A stretch of DNA of 64,000 nt from an uncultured bacterium (GCA_963827235.1 CAWHAE010000020.1:32001-96000); one strand, 5' to 3'. Shown: positions 1-10,922, counted from the stretch's first letter. Made by a program: numbers and translations. Notes: a model not told the origin generated them from the letters alone.

Positions 1-1
1 T

Positions 2-493
2 GTCGACGACGTCGCTCAGGACATGGCAGTTACCTATGGCTTGCCCTACGTGATCGTGGAGCCTCCGGTCGGCGGAGCGGTCTCCGGCAGCACGGACATC
101 GCGGCCGCGGCGGCCAGTATCCCTGCCATCGTCGCCGAGGTCGGCGGCATCGGCCAGCTGACCAGGGATGCGGTCGACTGGCATCTGCGGGGCCTGCAAC
201 GCACGTTGCAGCGGATTCATATGATCGAGGGAGTGCCGGAGCCGCCGACCGGCCAGACAATCGTTCGCACCTTCGAATGGGTGCGGGCGCGACAAGGTGG
301 ATTCTTCCGCAAAACGATCGCGGCCGGCGATCGACTGCAGGCAGGCGACCCGATCGGCGAGATGGTCGACCTGTGGGGCGAGCCGCGCGACGACGTACGA
401 AGCCCCGTGGCCGGTGTCGTGCTGTTCGTAACCACCAGTCCTGCGATCGCGGACAACGGCCTGCTGGTTGGGATCGGCGTTCCGGAGGCCTGA
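2..493 (+). CDS. Succinylglutamate desuccinylase/aspartoacylase family (M14-like) protein, 5' truncated by window edge
   Basis: Frame is open from base 2. Has IVAEVGG (catalytic Glu region) and the C-terminal barrel-sandwich hybrid segment 'WVRARQGGFF...AGD...GEMVDLWGE...VRSPVAGVV' typical of AstE/AspA proteins. Confidence 0.75.
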   Translation, partial: VDDVAQDMAVTYGLPYVIVEPPVGGAVSGSTDIAAAAASIPAIVAEVGGIGQLTRDAVDWHLRGLQRTLQRIHMIEGVPEPPTGQTIVRTFEWVRARQGGFFRKTIAAGDRLQAGDPIGEMVDLWGEPRDDVRSPVAGVVLFVTTSPAIADNGLLVGIGVPEA

Positions 494-2326
494 TCAGCTT
501 GCGAAACCCTGTTCGAGCTCGTCGATCAAGGCACCGAAACGGCCGACCGCTCTGTGCAGGATGTCGGGATTGGCAATATCGATTCCGGCGCCTCGCAGGG
601 CCTCTATCGGCGGCTGCTTGTTGCCGACAGTGAGCAGGTGCAGCCAGCGGTCCACGGCAGGCTGGCCTTCGTCGTACATCGCCCGAACCGCCGCGTAGCC
701 AATGGACACCCCGGCCGCATACGTATACGAGTAGTGATTCATGTAGAAGTGCGGCTGCTGGGCCCAGTAGAGTTGCGCCCGCTCGTCAATCGTAACGCTG
801 CCGGCGTAGAACCGCTCAAACACCTGGCCCTGCACGGCCATGATCGTGGCAGGCGTCAAGGGCTCGCCGGCTTCGGCCAGCTCGTAGAGCCGGCGCTCAA
901 AGTGCCCTTCCAGCAGATGCGTCACCATGTTGTGCGTGAAGGTGCCCAGCGACTGCAGGATGATCCAACGACGCAGACGCGGATCGGTCGTGGCGCGCAG
1001 CAGGTGCTCGGCAAGCAGCAGCTCGTTGGCCGTAGAAGGTGCCTCCAGCATGAGGCTGAGCGGCTCGATGTTGAAAAGGCTAAAGGGCTGATGGCGTAAG
1101 ACCGCCGTGTAGTGTCCACAGTGGCCGAGCTCGTGTGCCAGCGTGAAGGCGTTGCGCAGCGTGTTGCGCCAGGTGGTGAAGACATAAGGGTGCACGCCGT
1201 GGACGGGCCAGCAGTAGGCTCCGCTGCCCTTGCCGGCGTTGTCGGCGCGGTCGATCCAGCGTCCTTGGAACGCCGACTCGAGCAGCGATCCATAGTCGCC
1301 GCCGAGCAGGCACAAGGCGTCGAGGACCATGTGCCGGCCCTCGTCGAAGGTGGTCACAGGCGCGTACCCGGGCTCGAGCGGTGCCTCCAGATCGTAGCGC
1401 TCTATGCGGTCCAGGCCCAACAGGCGGGCGCGCAGGCGCGCCAGGCGGCGCACGTGTGGCGCGATCTCGTCGTGCACGACGTCGAGCACCGAGAGGTAGA
1501 TCTCCGCGGGCACCTGCTGCGCGGCCAGAATCATTTCCGTGGCGGACCCGTAGCCGCGCAGCCGCGCCATGGCGACGTTCTGCTGGATGTGCTTGGCCAG
1601 CGCGGTGGCCACGGTCGCCTTCACCTGGCTCAGTCCGGCGGACAGCGCCTCATAGGCCGAGCGGCGCAGAAGACGGTCCGAGGAGTACGCGTGGCCGAAT
1701 ACGTACCCTGCGATCGAGACTGGGTGCTCCTCGCCGCTCGCGTCTCGAGCCGGGGGGCAGGCCATGTCCACGGCGGTGGCCACGTTCCAGATGCTCTCCG
1801 GCATCTTGAGGGTCTCGCCGAGGGCGGCCAAAGCCGTCTCCGTCTCCGGCAGCAGAGAGTGACGCCGCTTTCGGAGCACGCCTTCGAGCAGAGCGCCGTA
1901 GGCATCCAGGCCCGGCTCCTCCCGCCTGTAACGCTCGATGGTGCCGTCGCTCAAGGACGCAAGCTCGCTGGCCAAGAAGGATCGTGCTTCTTCCACCCTG
2001 GCGGTAAGCGTGTCTGCCTGGGCGGCCATCGCCTGGTTCTGAGGGGACGAGCCGTCCACGGAGATACTGAAGTAGGTGTACATGCGTACTCGATCCATGC
2101 GGCCGAGCAAGGCGTCCTGGGCCTGAAGGCACCACAGGAGCACTTCCGCTCCCTCGACCAGCCGGCCGCGGCAGGCGGCCAGAGTATCTATGTCGCCGTT
2201 GAGGCGACCGGCATCCTCGGTCCACTTCTCCGGCGAGGAATAGATGTCGGAAAGGTCCCAGGTTTCTTCCATCGGTACCTGGCGCCGGCTCGGTCGTGCG
2301 GGCATCTGGCTTCTCTCTCTCGGCAT
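494..2326 (-). CDS. pepF: Oligoendopeptidase F (peptidase M3B)
   Basis: 610 aa. N-terminal 'EETWDLSDIY', 'WIDR..N.GK.SGAYC', HELGH zinc motif, downstream EAPS..NE, 'WA..PHFY..YSYTYA'. Confidence 0.93.
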   Translation of the reverse strand: MPRERSQMPARPSRRQVPMEETWDLSDIYSSPEKWTEDAGRLNGDIDTLAACRGRLVEGAEVLLWCLQAQDALLGRMDRVRMYTYFSISVDGSSPQNQAMAAQADTLTARVEEARSFLASELASLSDGTIERYRREEPGLDAYGALLEGVLRKRRHSLLPETETALAALGETLKMPESIWNVATAVDMACPPARDASGEEHPVSIAGYVFGHAYSSDRLLRRSAYEALSAGLSQVKATVATALAKHIQQNVAMARLRGYGSATEMILAAQQVPAEIYLSVLDVVHDEIAPHVRRLARLRARLLGLDRIERYDLEAPLEPGYAPVTTFDEGRHMVLDALCLLGGDYGSLLESAFQGRWIDRADNAGKGSGAYCWPVHGVHPYVFTTWRNTLRNAFTLAHELGHCGHYTAVLRHQPFSLFNIEPLSLMLEAPSTANELLLAEHLLRATTDPRLRRWIILQSLGTFTHNMVTHLLEGHFERRLYELAEAGEPLTPATIMAVQGQVFERFYAGSVTIDERAQLYWAQQPHFYMNHYSYTYAAGVSIGYAAVRAMYDEGQPAVDRWLHLLTVGNKQPPIEALRGAGIDIANPDILHRAVGRFGALIDELEQGFAS

Positions 2327-2827
2327 GATTCAACTGGCAAATCGGTTCGGGGCAGGCGTTCCGGCCGGCCGAGCGATCGCCGGAGGGCGGATCCATCATA
2401 CTGCAAACTTCCGCCGCCGATGCCTCTCGCGGCAAACACGCTGCAGGCCGCGATCCTGGACTTTGGTCCGGCGAGGCACCGGCCGCTCGCTTCTGGAGCT
2501 GGGGGTTGGTCTCGATCGGCAGGCTTCCTCCGCGTTTGCCGGGTTTCGCGGCGAATCTGGGAACGGACGCCTCACTGCTCCTGTTGATGATTCGCGCACA
2601 GCGGGAAACGCCCGATGCGCACCGATTAGCCGGTAGGCACACTCCTGGTACGATGGCAGGGAGTGTTGTACGGCCTGCTGCCGGCGCCGCGATTCGGGTT
2701 TCGCGTGGCGGGTGCCCTGCCCGCGCGTGGCAGCGTACCTCCGCCCGGGTCCGCAGTGCACCGGCTCCTGTCCTGGAGCTGGGTTCGAGGAGGCACGCCG
2801 GTGGCTGCCTCACGAGAGGAAGGAAAG

Positions 2828-4646
2828 ATGCCTGGTCAAACGGTTCCACTGAGGAACGCCATTCGCGTCGACGATCGATGGGACGCGTCGAGCGTATTCG
2901 AGAGCGACGCGACATGGGAAGAAGAGATCGGTCGTGTCACCGCGCTCCTTCCGAGCATGGCTGCCTACAGGGGCCGCCTGACCGAGAGCGCGGTCACATT
3001 ATGCGACGCTCTGGAGCTGTGGGACGGCCTGGCACTGCGGGCAGAACGGCTCCGGCTCTATGCTTCGATGTTCTACGAGGTGGACAAGAGCGACCAGGAC
3101 GCCGTGGCCAAATACGATCGCGCGCTCGGCGTGCTCGCACAGGTGCACGCCGCGCTCGCCTTCGTGGAGCCCGAGCTGCTGTCGATCGGATTGGATCGTG
3201 TCGCCGGCTGGGGCGACCAGGACGCGCGCCTGCACACCTACGCCCACTTCTTCGATTGTCTGCAGCTATTGAAGGATCACGTCTGCTCGCCTGAGGTTGA
3301 GCAGGTACTCGGTCTGGTGGAGGAGCCCTTTGTCGCGGCTCGAGCCACACACGGCATCCTCGCGGACACCAACCTGCCGATCGAGCCGGCGCGCAACGGC
3401 GTGGGCGATGAGATCGAGGTGAGCCAGGGCAACATCGATGCGCTGCTGGCCGATCCAGATCCCGAGGTTCGTCGCACCGCGTACGAACACTACGCGGACG
3501 CGCACCTGGCTTTCCGGGGCACGATGGCGAACTGCGTGGCTGCAGGGGTCAAGCAACATGTATTCGAGGCGCGGGTGCGGAAGTACGAGAGCTCGCTCGA
3601 GGCAGCCCTCAAGCCCAACTACGTGCCCACGTCCGTCTTCCATGCCGTGATCGCTTCGTTCCGAAACCATCTTCCCGTGTGGCACCGTTACTGGGCCGTG
3701 CGGAAGAAAGCGCTCGGCGTGGCCCGGTTGCACCCGTACGATCGAAAGGCGCCTCTTGCCTCGCCGGCCGCTGCAGATCTCGTTCGACCAGGGCATGCAG
3801 TGGATTCTCGCGGCACTCCAGCCACTGGGCGACGAGTACGTGTCCGTGATGAAACGCGGCGTATTCGAGCAGCGGTGGGTCGACCGCTATCCCAACAAGG
3901 GAAAGCGCGCGGGCGCCTTCTCGAGCGGCTCGCGAGGAACGCGGCCTTTCATCCTGATGAGCTACACGGACGATATCTACAGCGTGAGCACGCTGGCGCA
4001 CGAGCTCGGGCATTCCATGCACTCCTATTACACCTGGTCGATGCAGCCGAGCATCTATCGTTGGTATGGGATATTCGCGGCCGAGGTAGCCTCGAACTTC
4101 AACCAGGCGATGCTGCGGGCTCACTTGCTCGCCGGCAGCACCGATCTCGACGTCCAGATCACCGTGATTGAAGAGGCAATGAACAACTTCCATCGCTACT
4201 TCCTGATCATGCCGGTCCTGGCCCAGCTCGAGCTCGATCTGCATGAGCGTGCGGAGCTAGGGCGATCGCTGACCGCGGACTTCATGACCGAGCGTACTGC
4301 TGCGCTCTTCGCGGAGGCATACGGCAACGACGTGGCGGAGGACCGGCTGCGGACTGGCATAACCTGGGCTGAGGTTCCCACGCACCTCTACCTCAACTTC
4401 TACGTGTTCCAGTACATCACTGGAATCGCGGGCGCCAGCGTGCTGGCACAGTCCGTGCTCGACGGCCGGCCGGGAGCGGTCGATCGCTATCTTGCCTTCC
4501 TCAAGTCCGGCTCGTCCGGCTATCCGCTGGACCTGCTCAGAGCTGCCGGCGTCGACCTCTCGACCACGGAGCCGGTCGACCGCACGTTCGGCGTGATGGC
4601 AGGCCTGATCGATCGACTGGAACACCTCCTGGGAGCCGCCACATAG
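2828..4646 (+). CDS. pepF: Oligoendopeptidase F (M3B), second copy; interrupted by a +1 frameshift near 3764
   Basis: ATG 2828 follows GAAGGA. N-half is in the 2663..4171 frame ('DRWDASSVF'); C-half is in the 3756..4646 frame ('[18 protein letters not shown]', [15 protein letters not shown]). Deleting one C at 3764/3765 joins them as ...APLASRPLQISF... Confidence 0.85.
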
Positions 4647-4851
4647 CACCGCGATGCGCGCGAGATTTCGGCCGCGGCTGTAGGCTCCGTCCACAGCCGC
4701 GCTGGAGTGCTTGCTCGAGGTTCGACCGCACCAGCCATCCTCCCGGGCGGAGGCTGGCCCCCGTAATACAGGGGAACAGGGCTGGAATCTCGATTTCCGC
4801 CGAGGTCCGGTTGCCGGGCCGTCTCTTGCGCCCAACTGCCGCGCCCGCCGC

Positions 4852-5565
4852 TCAGGTACTTCTGTTCTGCTCGTTCGAGATGGAACACGCGCGATCAATC
4901 GCCGCTTGCACGTGGAGTCGCGTGGTGGGAAAGATCGGCACGGGGCTATCGCCGGCACCAATGAGCATCTCGATTTCCGTGCAGCCAAGGATGATGCCTT
5001 CGGCGCCGGCGCCTATCAACCGGTCGATCACCTCCTGATAGGCGTGGCGCGAATCGGCACGTATCACGCCCAGGCACAGCTCTTCATAGATCACCTGGTG
5101 TACGAGGGCGCGATCGTCGGCGCCGGGCACCAACACCGTGAGCCCATGGCGGGCCAGGCGTTCTCGGTAGAAAGCCTGCTCCATGGTGAAGGCGGTACCG
5201 AGCAGACCGACCGTGCTGAGGCCGGCTTGCACGACGGATCGCGCCGCGACGTCCGCTATATGGAGCAGCGGTATGTCGATCGCTGCCTCTATCTGGTCTG
5301 CCACCCTGTGCATGGTGTTCGTGCAGAGCAGCAACAACTCCGCCCCGGCTTCTTCGACACGTTGGGCGGCGCTGGCCAGCCTCCGGCCCGCCTCGTCCCA
5401 TTGACCATTCGCCTGCAGCCGCTCGATCTCGGCGAAGTCCACGGAGTACAGCACGCATTGCGCTGAGTGCAGCCCGCCCAGCCTCTCTCTCGCCATCTCG
5501 TTGGCCAGCCGATAGTACTCTGCGCTGCTCTCCCAGCTCATGCCGCCAAGCAGTCCGATGATCAA
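4852..5565 (-). CDS. Aspartate/glutamate racemase family protein (YgeA/RacX-like)
   Basis: IGLLGGMSWESS, CTNTMH and LGCTEI two-cysteine racemase motifs. TTG start at 5565 follows GGAGG. Confidence 0.92.
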   Translation of the reverse strand: MIIGLLGGMSWESSAEYYRLANEMARERLGGLHSAQCVLYSVDFAEIERLQANGQWDEAGRRLASAAQRVEEAGAELLLLCTNTMHRVADQIEAAIDIPLLHIADVAARSVVQAGLSTVGLLGTAFTMEQAFYRERLARHGLTVLVPGADDRALVHQVIYEELCLGVIRADSRHAYQEVIDRLIGAGAEGIILGCTEIEMLIGAGDSPVPIFPTTRLHVQAAIDRACSISNEQNRST

Positions 5566-5809
5566 CCGTGCACCTCCCTGCCGGGCCCCAAAACAAGAGC
5601 CTGCGGCTTCCCGACCTTGCATATCAGTGTATGGCGCTCATCAAGCTTCAAGGCGGATTCCAGGGGTACCGTGCGTCCGCCACTCGGGGCAGATCGCCTT
5701 CGCGACGTCACCGTGTTCCGTTCGGCCCCCGGGGAACGGCCACGCCGCCGGTTTCCGTTCGCACCCGCGCAAGCAAGGCCCGTATGTCGGTCTCGTGGGC
5801 GTCCATGGT

Positions 5810-7966
5810 CTACACCGGTCGCGGCTCGTATTCGACCAGGAACATCACGAAGTCGGACACCATACCGCAATCCACCTCGAGCGAGCCGTCCGCGGCACGG
5901 GCGGAGGGCAATGGCGACATGTCCGGCACCCGCAGCGCCCGCACGAGCGAGGTTCCCGCTGGCGGCTGCACGGTGCATTGCAACCCGACAGGCACTGGCA
6001 GATCCTCTTCCTGATAGACCAGGGCATTCACCACGACACGGTTCTGCTCGGGTTGGTGGAAGCCGGTGATCCAGACGGAGGGATGAGTCACAGCCGACAG
6101 CGATGGCGTTCCGTCGAGTAGCCTGCGCACCAGATGAACGAACACGCGCTCGTTCACGGCGCTGCTGGCAGCCTCGATCGGCGCCGCGGAGTAGATGGCG
6201 CTGCCGGCGCCGTAGCCCGCTTGCACGATCACCGGCCGGTCGGTGTCTTCCCAGGGAGGCGAGGCGTGAATGCTGGCAAAGCGGTGATCGGCCAGCGTGC
6301 CCTCGGCCGGATACGCGTAGGCAAGGCTTAGCGAGGCCAGCACGGTGGCCCTGGGCGATGGCCGCAGCCGCGGCACCGAGGTGGCAGACGGCCTCTCACC
6401 CGGATTGAAGGAGGAGTCGGGCCGCACGACGTGGCACAGGTAGTCTTGCGGATACACCGCGGCGGCTATGGCAGGGTCGAGCGGCTTGAGGTAGACCATC
6501 AAACCGGTTTCATCGCCTTCCACATCGCATCCAAAGACGTCGGCCAGCGCGAACGTGCTCCTCCGCCCCTCCAGCGTGTCCACCAGCGATGAGTAACCGC
6601 TGGCGAGGAGCCGCCCGCCCTGCTGAACGTACGCCCGGAAGGCGGCCACTTCATCGGCGTCGAGTCGCAGCACGTTCGGCAGAACCAATACCCGGTACCG
6701 CTGCAGGTCAGCGATCTGCCGCCGCGTGATCACGGCGAAGGGCAGGTGCGCCCGCTGCAGATAGGTGCAGGCACCTATGGCCGCCGTCACGTGGGGATAA
6801 CGGTTGGCGGAAGGGCCAAGGTCCTGCAGGAGCATTCCGTTCTGCGCGAAGTCCATTTTCGAGTCGTCGGAGAAGTAGACAGCTATGTCCTCGATTGGCT
6901 CGCCGCCCAGATACGGCTCGAACTGGGCTGTGCGCTGGTAGATGCGCCCCATCTGCTCATACACGGCCGGATTGACCGTGCCACGGGGATCGATGGCGTC
7001 AATGAAGAGGAAGGCGCAGGAATGAGCGATGGCCGCCAGTGCCTGCGTCTGCAGCTCGTGTTCACTCTTCAGACTCACGTGGTCCTTGAGATTCACCGCT
7101 CGACTGGTCATGAACTCGGCGGGCTGTGTCTCCGAAAGATGAACCAGGAGCTTCGAGACGAAGAGCTGCTCGCCCCGTCCACCGTAGAGGTCACCGCCGA
7201 CGAAGGTGTCGTAGCGTGAGTCCGCGATCGACTGGGCTGTGGTCCAGTCGAGGAGGGCCGGGGCCAGGTTGTGGTACACGGCGATCCCGGGCTGCACGGT
7301 GCGCGCCAACTCAGCCAGGCCGCGGAAAAACTCGGCCAGCCAGCGTATGCGCGCGGCCTGAAAGGCGCCCAACCCGGGCGACAACCAGTCGACATAACGC
7401 GGAATCTCGTCACCCGTCTCGGCTCGGAAGCGCTCTCGACAATGGCGGCACACGCACACCCCTGGGAAGAAGGCCATGTCGATGAAGAGACCGTCGAACC
7501 GATAGCGCTCTATCAGGCCACCAATCTGTGCCCGCTCGTAGGCCCTGTACTTAGGGTTGTTTGGGCAAAGCACGCCGTAGCGCGGACCCAGCAGGTGCCA
7601 ATCGTGTCCGCCCAGGGATTGCGCAGGGACAATCTGCCAATCGGGGTGAGTCTCTGCCGCCCAGTTGTCGAATACGGTGGTGTGGTAGGCGCAGACGTCT
7701 ATGCTCCGTGCTCGGAGATGCCCCAACAGCTCGCCGACCACGTCGCGTCCGTGCAGGCCGTCGTGCATCTTGCCGGCCGGGGCCGGCCAGTAGCAGAGGC
7801 CCACGTGCGACTCGCAGTACATCATCACCGAGCTGACCCTGGCCGTCACGTAGAGATCGGCCAGCGCTCTGGGATCGTATTGCGAGAGAAACGCGGGATC
7901 CCAGTCCGGAATGTGCATGTCCAGCAGTGTTCGGCGGTATCCTCGCTGGTAGCGCGTGGGGTCCAC
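5810..7966 (-). CDS. Putative glycoside hydrolase (GHL6/alpha-L-fucosidase-like TIM barrel plus beta-galactosidase trimerisation-like domain)
   Basis: 718 aa. 'RRTLLDMHIPDWDP', 'YCESHVGLCYWP', 'CPNNP.Y', 'DGLFIDM', a CxCxxC zinc motif, and a GATase-like 'YRVLVLPNV..L.......YV.QGG.LLA' domain. Confidence 0.75.
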   Translation of the reverse strand: MDPTRYQRGYRRTLLDMHIPDWDPAFLSQYDPRALADLYVTARVSSVMMYCESHVGLCYWPAPAGKMHDGLHGRDVVGELLGHLRARSIDVCAYHTTVFDNWAAETHPDWQIVPAQSLGGHDWHLLGPRYGVLCPNNPKYRAYERAQIGGLIERYRFDGLFIDMAFFPGVCVCRHCRERFRAETGDEIPRYVDWLSPGLGAFQAARIRWLAEFFRGLAELARTVQPGIAVYHNLAPALLDWTTAQSIADSRYDTFVGGDLYGGRGEQLFVSKLLVHLSETQPAEFMTSRAVNLKDHVSLKSEHELQTQALAAIAHSCAFLFIDAIDPRGTVNPAVYEQMGRIYQRTAQFEPYLGGEPIEDIAVYFSDDSKMDFAQNGMLLQDLGPSANRYPHVTAAIGACTYLQRAHLPFAVITRRQIADLQRYRVLVLPNVLRLDADEVAAFRAYVQQGGRLLASGYSSLVDTLEGRRSTFALADVFGCDVEGDETGLMVYLKPLDPAIAAAVYPQDYLCHVVRPDSSFNPGERPSATSVPRLRPSPRATVLASLSLAYAYPAEGTLADHRFASIHASPPWEDTDRPVIVQAGYGAGSAIYSAAPIEAASSAVNERVFVHLVRRLLDGTPSLSAVTHPSVWITGFHQPEQNRVVVNALVYQEEDLPVPVGLQCTVQPPAGTSLVRALRVPDMSPLPSARAADGSLEVDCGMVSDFVMFLVEYEPRPV

Positions 7967-7989
7967 AGGTCAGATCTCCCTTTCCTGAC

Positions 7990-8697
7990 TCACGCTCCGT
8001 CCAGATCTGCTACGGCTTCCGTGTCCCGCGGACTCTCGCGTGCCAGCCGGGCGAGAATGCGCCCGAATAAGTCATCGTCCACCAAACCGGAGTCAATATA
8101 GCGCTCGATGGCCAGGCCGTTGCAGAGCGCTAGCACCAGAGTAACCACGTCGTCGACCGCGAAGCCGTCAGGAGTCGGATCCCTGCCGAAGAGCTTTTCG
8201 ATGCTGATGGCTATGGCAGCGCGCAACACTCTGCGATGTGCAAGGAATTGGGCGCGCACCGCATCATCTCGAACGGCTCGCCGCCAGAAGTCCAGGAAGA
8301 CGAGCTGCCAGTCCCGCTCCGCCGTGATTGCATCGGTCAGGTACCGCCCAATCTCCTTGAGAGCCTGCGGCCCACGGGTTCCGGCGGCATGCGGAGCAAG
8401 GGCGGCTCGGACATCCTCTACGCGGCGCATCACTTGTTCCGCCATCATGGCGAAGAAGAGGTCGTCCTTTCCGGCGAAATTCGAATAGATTGCCCCTTTG
8501 GTCAGGCCCGCCGCGGCGGCGACCTGATCCAGGTTTGCATCGGCAAACCCACGTTCGGCAAACACCGGCAGCGCGGCGTCCAGCAGACGGCGCCGCACCG
8601 TCTCGCGTCGCGGTCGCCGCACCCTCGCCACCGGCGGGTGAGCGGTGCCGGCAAGCGGCGAGCTTTCCGAGCCAGGAGTCCCGTTGACAACCTTCAT
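7990..8697 (-). CDS. TetR/AcrR family transcriptional regulator
   Basis: HTH 'LLDAALPVFAERGF..ANLDQVAAAAGLTKGAIYSNFAGKDDLF'. Divergent from the MFS pump. Start uncertain (8697 or 8703). Confidence 0.92.
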   Translation of the reverse strand: MKVVNGTPGSESSPLAGTAHPPVARVRRPRRETVRRRLLDAALPVFAERGFADANLDQVAAAAGLTKGAIYSNFAGKDDLFFAMMAEQVMRRVEDVRAALAPHAAGTRGPQALKEIGRYLTDAITAERDWQLVFLDFWRRAVRDDAVRAQFLAHRRVLRAAIAISIEKLFGRDPTPDGFAVDDVVTLVLALCNGLAIERYIDSGLVDDDLFGRILARLARESPRDTEAVADLDGA

Positions 8698-8739
8698 ACA
8701 CATAGAGCATACTACAAAGTATCCAATACTGATAAGTAT
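8684..8739. promoter_or_regulatory. Putative sigma70 promoter for the MFS gene overlapping two tandem TetR operators
   Basis: TTGACA (8684-8689)-N18-CATACT (8708-8713). Two copies of the inverted repeat ATACT-N4-AGTAT at 8709-8722 and 8726-8739. Confidence 0.7.
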
Positions 8740-8825
8740 CGAATGAGCCGTGGCAGTGAGCTCGTCAGCCCGTCGTGGGCGCTCGACGCTCCGGCCGGGC
8801 TGAAAATCTGCCGCATGAGGAGCCA

Positions 8826-10406
8826 ATGGGAGCCTTGGAAGCAGTGACGCGGCCGTCGACTGCGCCGGGCCGCATCCCGGGCATGCACCGGTGGCCAGTT
8901 CTGATCGTGGTGTGCGCCGCTGCCCTGATCGTCAACGTGGACAACACGATTCTCAACGTGGCGCTGCCGACGCTGGTGCGCACGTTGCACGCTGCGTCGA
9001 GCGAGTTGCAGTGGATCGTCGACTCGTACGCCATGGTCTTCGCCGGGCTGCTGCTTGCCGGCGGCAGCCTGGCCGACCGCTACGGCCGCAAGCGATTCTT
9101 TCTCATCGGCTTGACGGTCTTCGCCGGTGGGTCGATCGGTGCGGCCTACTCGGGCTCAGTGCATCTGTTGATTGCCTTCAGAGGGATCATGGGTGTGGGC
9201 GCGGCCCTGACCGTCCCTGCTTCGCTCTCGATCATCAACAACGTGTTTCGCGACCCGGCTGAACGCGGTCGAGCGATTGGTGCCTGGGCCGGCACGATCG
9301 GCCTCGGAATCGCCATCGGCCCCATTGCCGGCGGACTTCTCCTGGCAAGGTTCTGGTGGGGCTCCATATTCATGGTCAACGTGCCCATCGTGGTTGCCGC
9401 GTTCGCCGGAGCCCTGGCGCTGATGCCGGACTCGAAGAATCTCGTGAGCGACCTGCCTGATCCGGTCGGCGCGCTGCTCTCGATCGCCGGCCTGGGCTTG
9501 CTGCTCTGGGCGATCATCGAGGCTCCTGCCGAGGGCTGGACCTCGGCCAGTGTGATCGCCGCCGGTGCAGGCAGTCTGGCGGTGCTTGGCACGTTCGTCG
9601 CCTGGGAGGCTCATAGCAGCCACCCGATGTTGAAGCTCTCCTTCTTCGCCGATCGCCGCTTCTCCGCCGCCGTCGCCGGTGAAAGCTGCGGCCTGTTCGG
9701 GTTGATGGGCGCGCTCTTCCTGCAGACGCAGTGGCTGCAGTTCGACCTTGGCTATTCGCCGTTGCAGGCCGGGTTGCGGATTCTGCCAATCGCCGCCGTG
9801 CTTTGCGTGATCGCGCCGTTGTCGCCCATCGTAGCCCGCAACGCGGGAGTCAAGTGTACGGTAGCGGCCGGACTGGCCGCGATCGCGGGCGGGCTCTGGC
9901 AGATCTCGGCGGTATCCACGCTATCCGCGACCTATGGCACGGTGCTGCCCGGCATGCTGCTGATCGGTCTCGGGATCGGCCTGCTGCTGCCTACGGCGAC
10001 CAATTCCGTGGTGGGATCGGTCCCCGTTGGTGACTCTGGTGTCGGCTCTGCCTGTAATGCCGTGGCACTGCAGGTTGGCGGGGCGCTCGGCGTTGCCGTG
10101 ATCGGCAGTGTGATGTCGACCCGCTACCAGAACCATATGGTTACCGTCCTTACCGGACAGTACGTGCCCGAGGCGGCCAGGAGCACCATACTCGGATCGC
10201 TCGGCGGCGCGCTCGCCGTGGCCGACAAGGCCGGCGGACTCACCGGAGTTCTTCTCGCGCATGCCGCGCGCGCCGCGTTCATGAGCGGCAGCGGGGCGTC
10301 GCTGGGCGCCGGCGCCGCCGTCGCCCTTGGTGGAGCTGCGCTCGTCCTCGCCTTCCTGCCATCGCGAACACGGCCGTCCTCCCCGGCAGGCGGCCGGGAC
10401 ATCTAG
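8826..10406 (+). CDS. MFS transporter, DHA2 (EmrB/QacA-like, 14-TMS) efflux family
   Basis: 'VDNTILNVALPTL', 'LQWIVDSY', motif A 'GSLADRYGRKR', motif C 'GIAIGPIAGG'. ATG 8826 follows GAGGAG. Confidence 0.93.
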   Translation: MGALEAVTRPSTAPGRIPGMHRWPVLIVVCAAALIVNVDNTILNVALPTLVRTLHAASSELQWIVDSYAMVFAGLLLAGGSLADRYGRKRFFLIGLTVFAGGSIGAAYSGSVHLLIAFRGIMGVGAALTVPASLSIINNVFRDPAERGRAIGAWAGTIGLGIAIGPIAGGLLLARFWWGSIFMVNVPIVVAAFAGALALMPDSKNLVSDLPDPVGALLSIAGLGLLLWAIIEAPAEGWTSASVIAAGAGSLAVLGTFVAWEAHSSHPMLKLSFFADRRFSAAVAGESCGLFGLMGALFLQTQWLQFDLGYSPLQAGLRILPIAAVLCVIAPLSPIVARNAGVKCTVAAGLAAIAGGLWQISAVSTLSATYGTVLPGMLLIGLGIGLLLPTATNSVVGSVPVGDSGVGSACNAVALQVGGALGVAVIGSVMSTRYQNHMVTVLTGQYVPEAARSTILGSLGGALAVADKAGGLTGVLLAHAARAAFMSGSGASLGAGAAVALGGAALVLAFLPSRTRPSSPAGGRDI

Positions 10407-10922
10407 TGCTCGCATCGCGGGCCACGACTCGATGATCTCCGGTACTTGGCGCCACACACGTGGCCCATCTTGATGAGGCGATGGCCCTCCATGCGCGGGG
10501 TCTTGCGCCCAGGAACCGTGACGAGGTTCGACGGGGCGCGCGCCGGTGCTCACGACGGCGCGTCCCGGTGCCGCATCCCGAATCTCGGGGTCTCGAAACC
10601 CCGCGGACCCATGCCGATCCACCGGCCGGAGGCACGGCAGGTGTGGTTGGGGGCTGTTGAGGCGGCTCGGACCGGTAACGAGGCACTATCGCGCATGAGA
10701 GCAGCTTATTGCAGGGCCGTCTGGGGCGGCAGATCCCCGGCTGCTGGCGGGTTCGACTTCGGCGACGACACGCGTATTGCCAGCAGCGCGGGGGCCGCAA
10801 CCTGGGTGCCGCGCCGGCACGCCCAGGTGGGAACGGGACCTCGGTCCCTGGTCAGGGTCTACAGTTCGTCTGCCACCGGTTCGCGATCGGACTCTCGTCG
10901 CAAGTGGCGGCGTGCCGGTTCC

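Noticed and set aside
10700-10775. GGTTCGACT resembling a tRNA T-loop
   Set aside because: I could not build an acceptor stem, D arm or anticodon arm around it.
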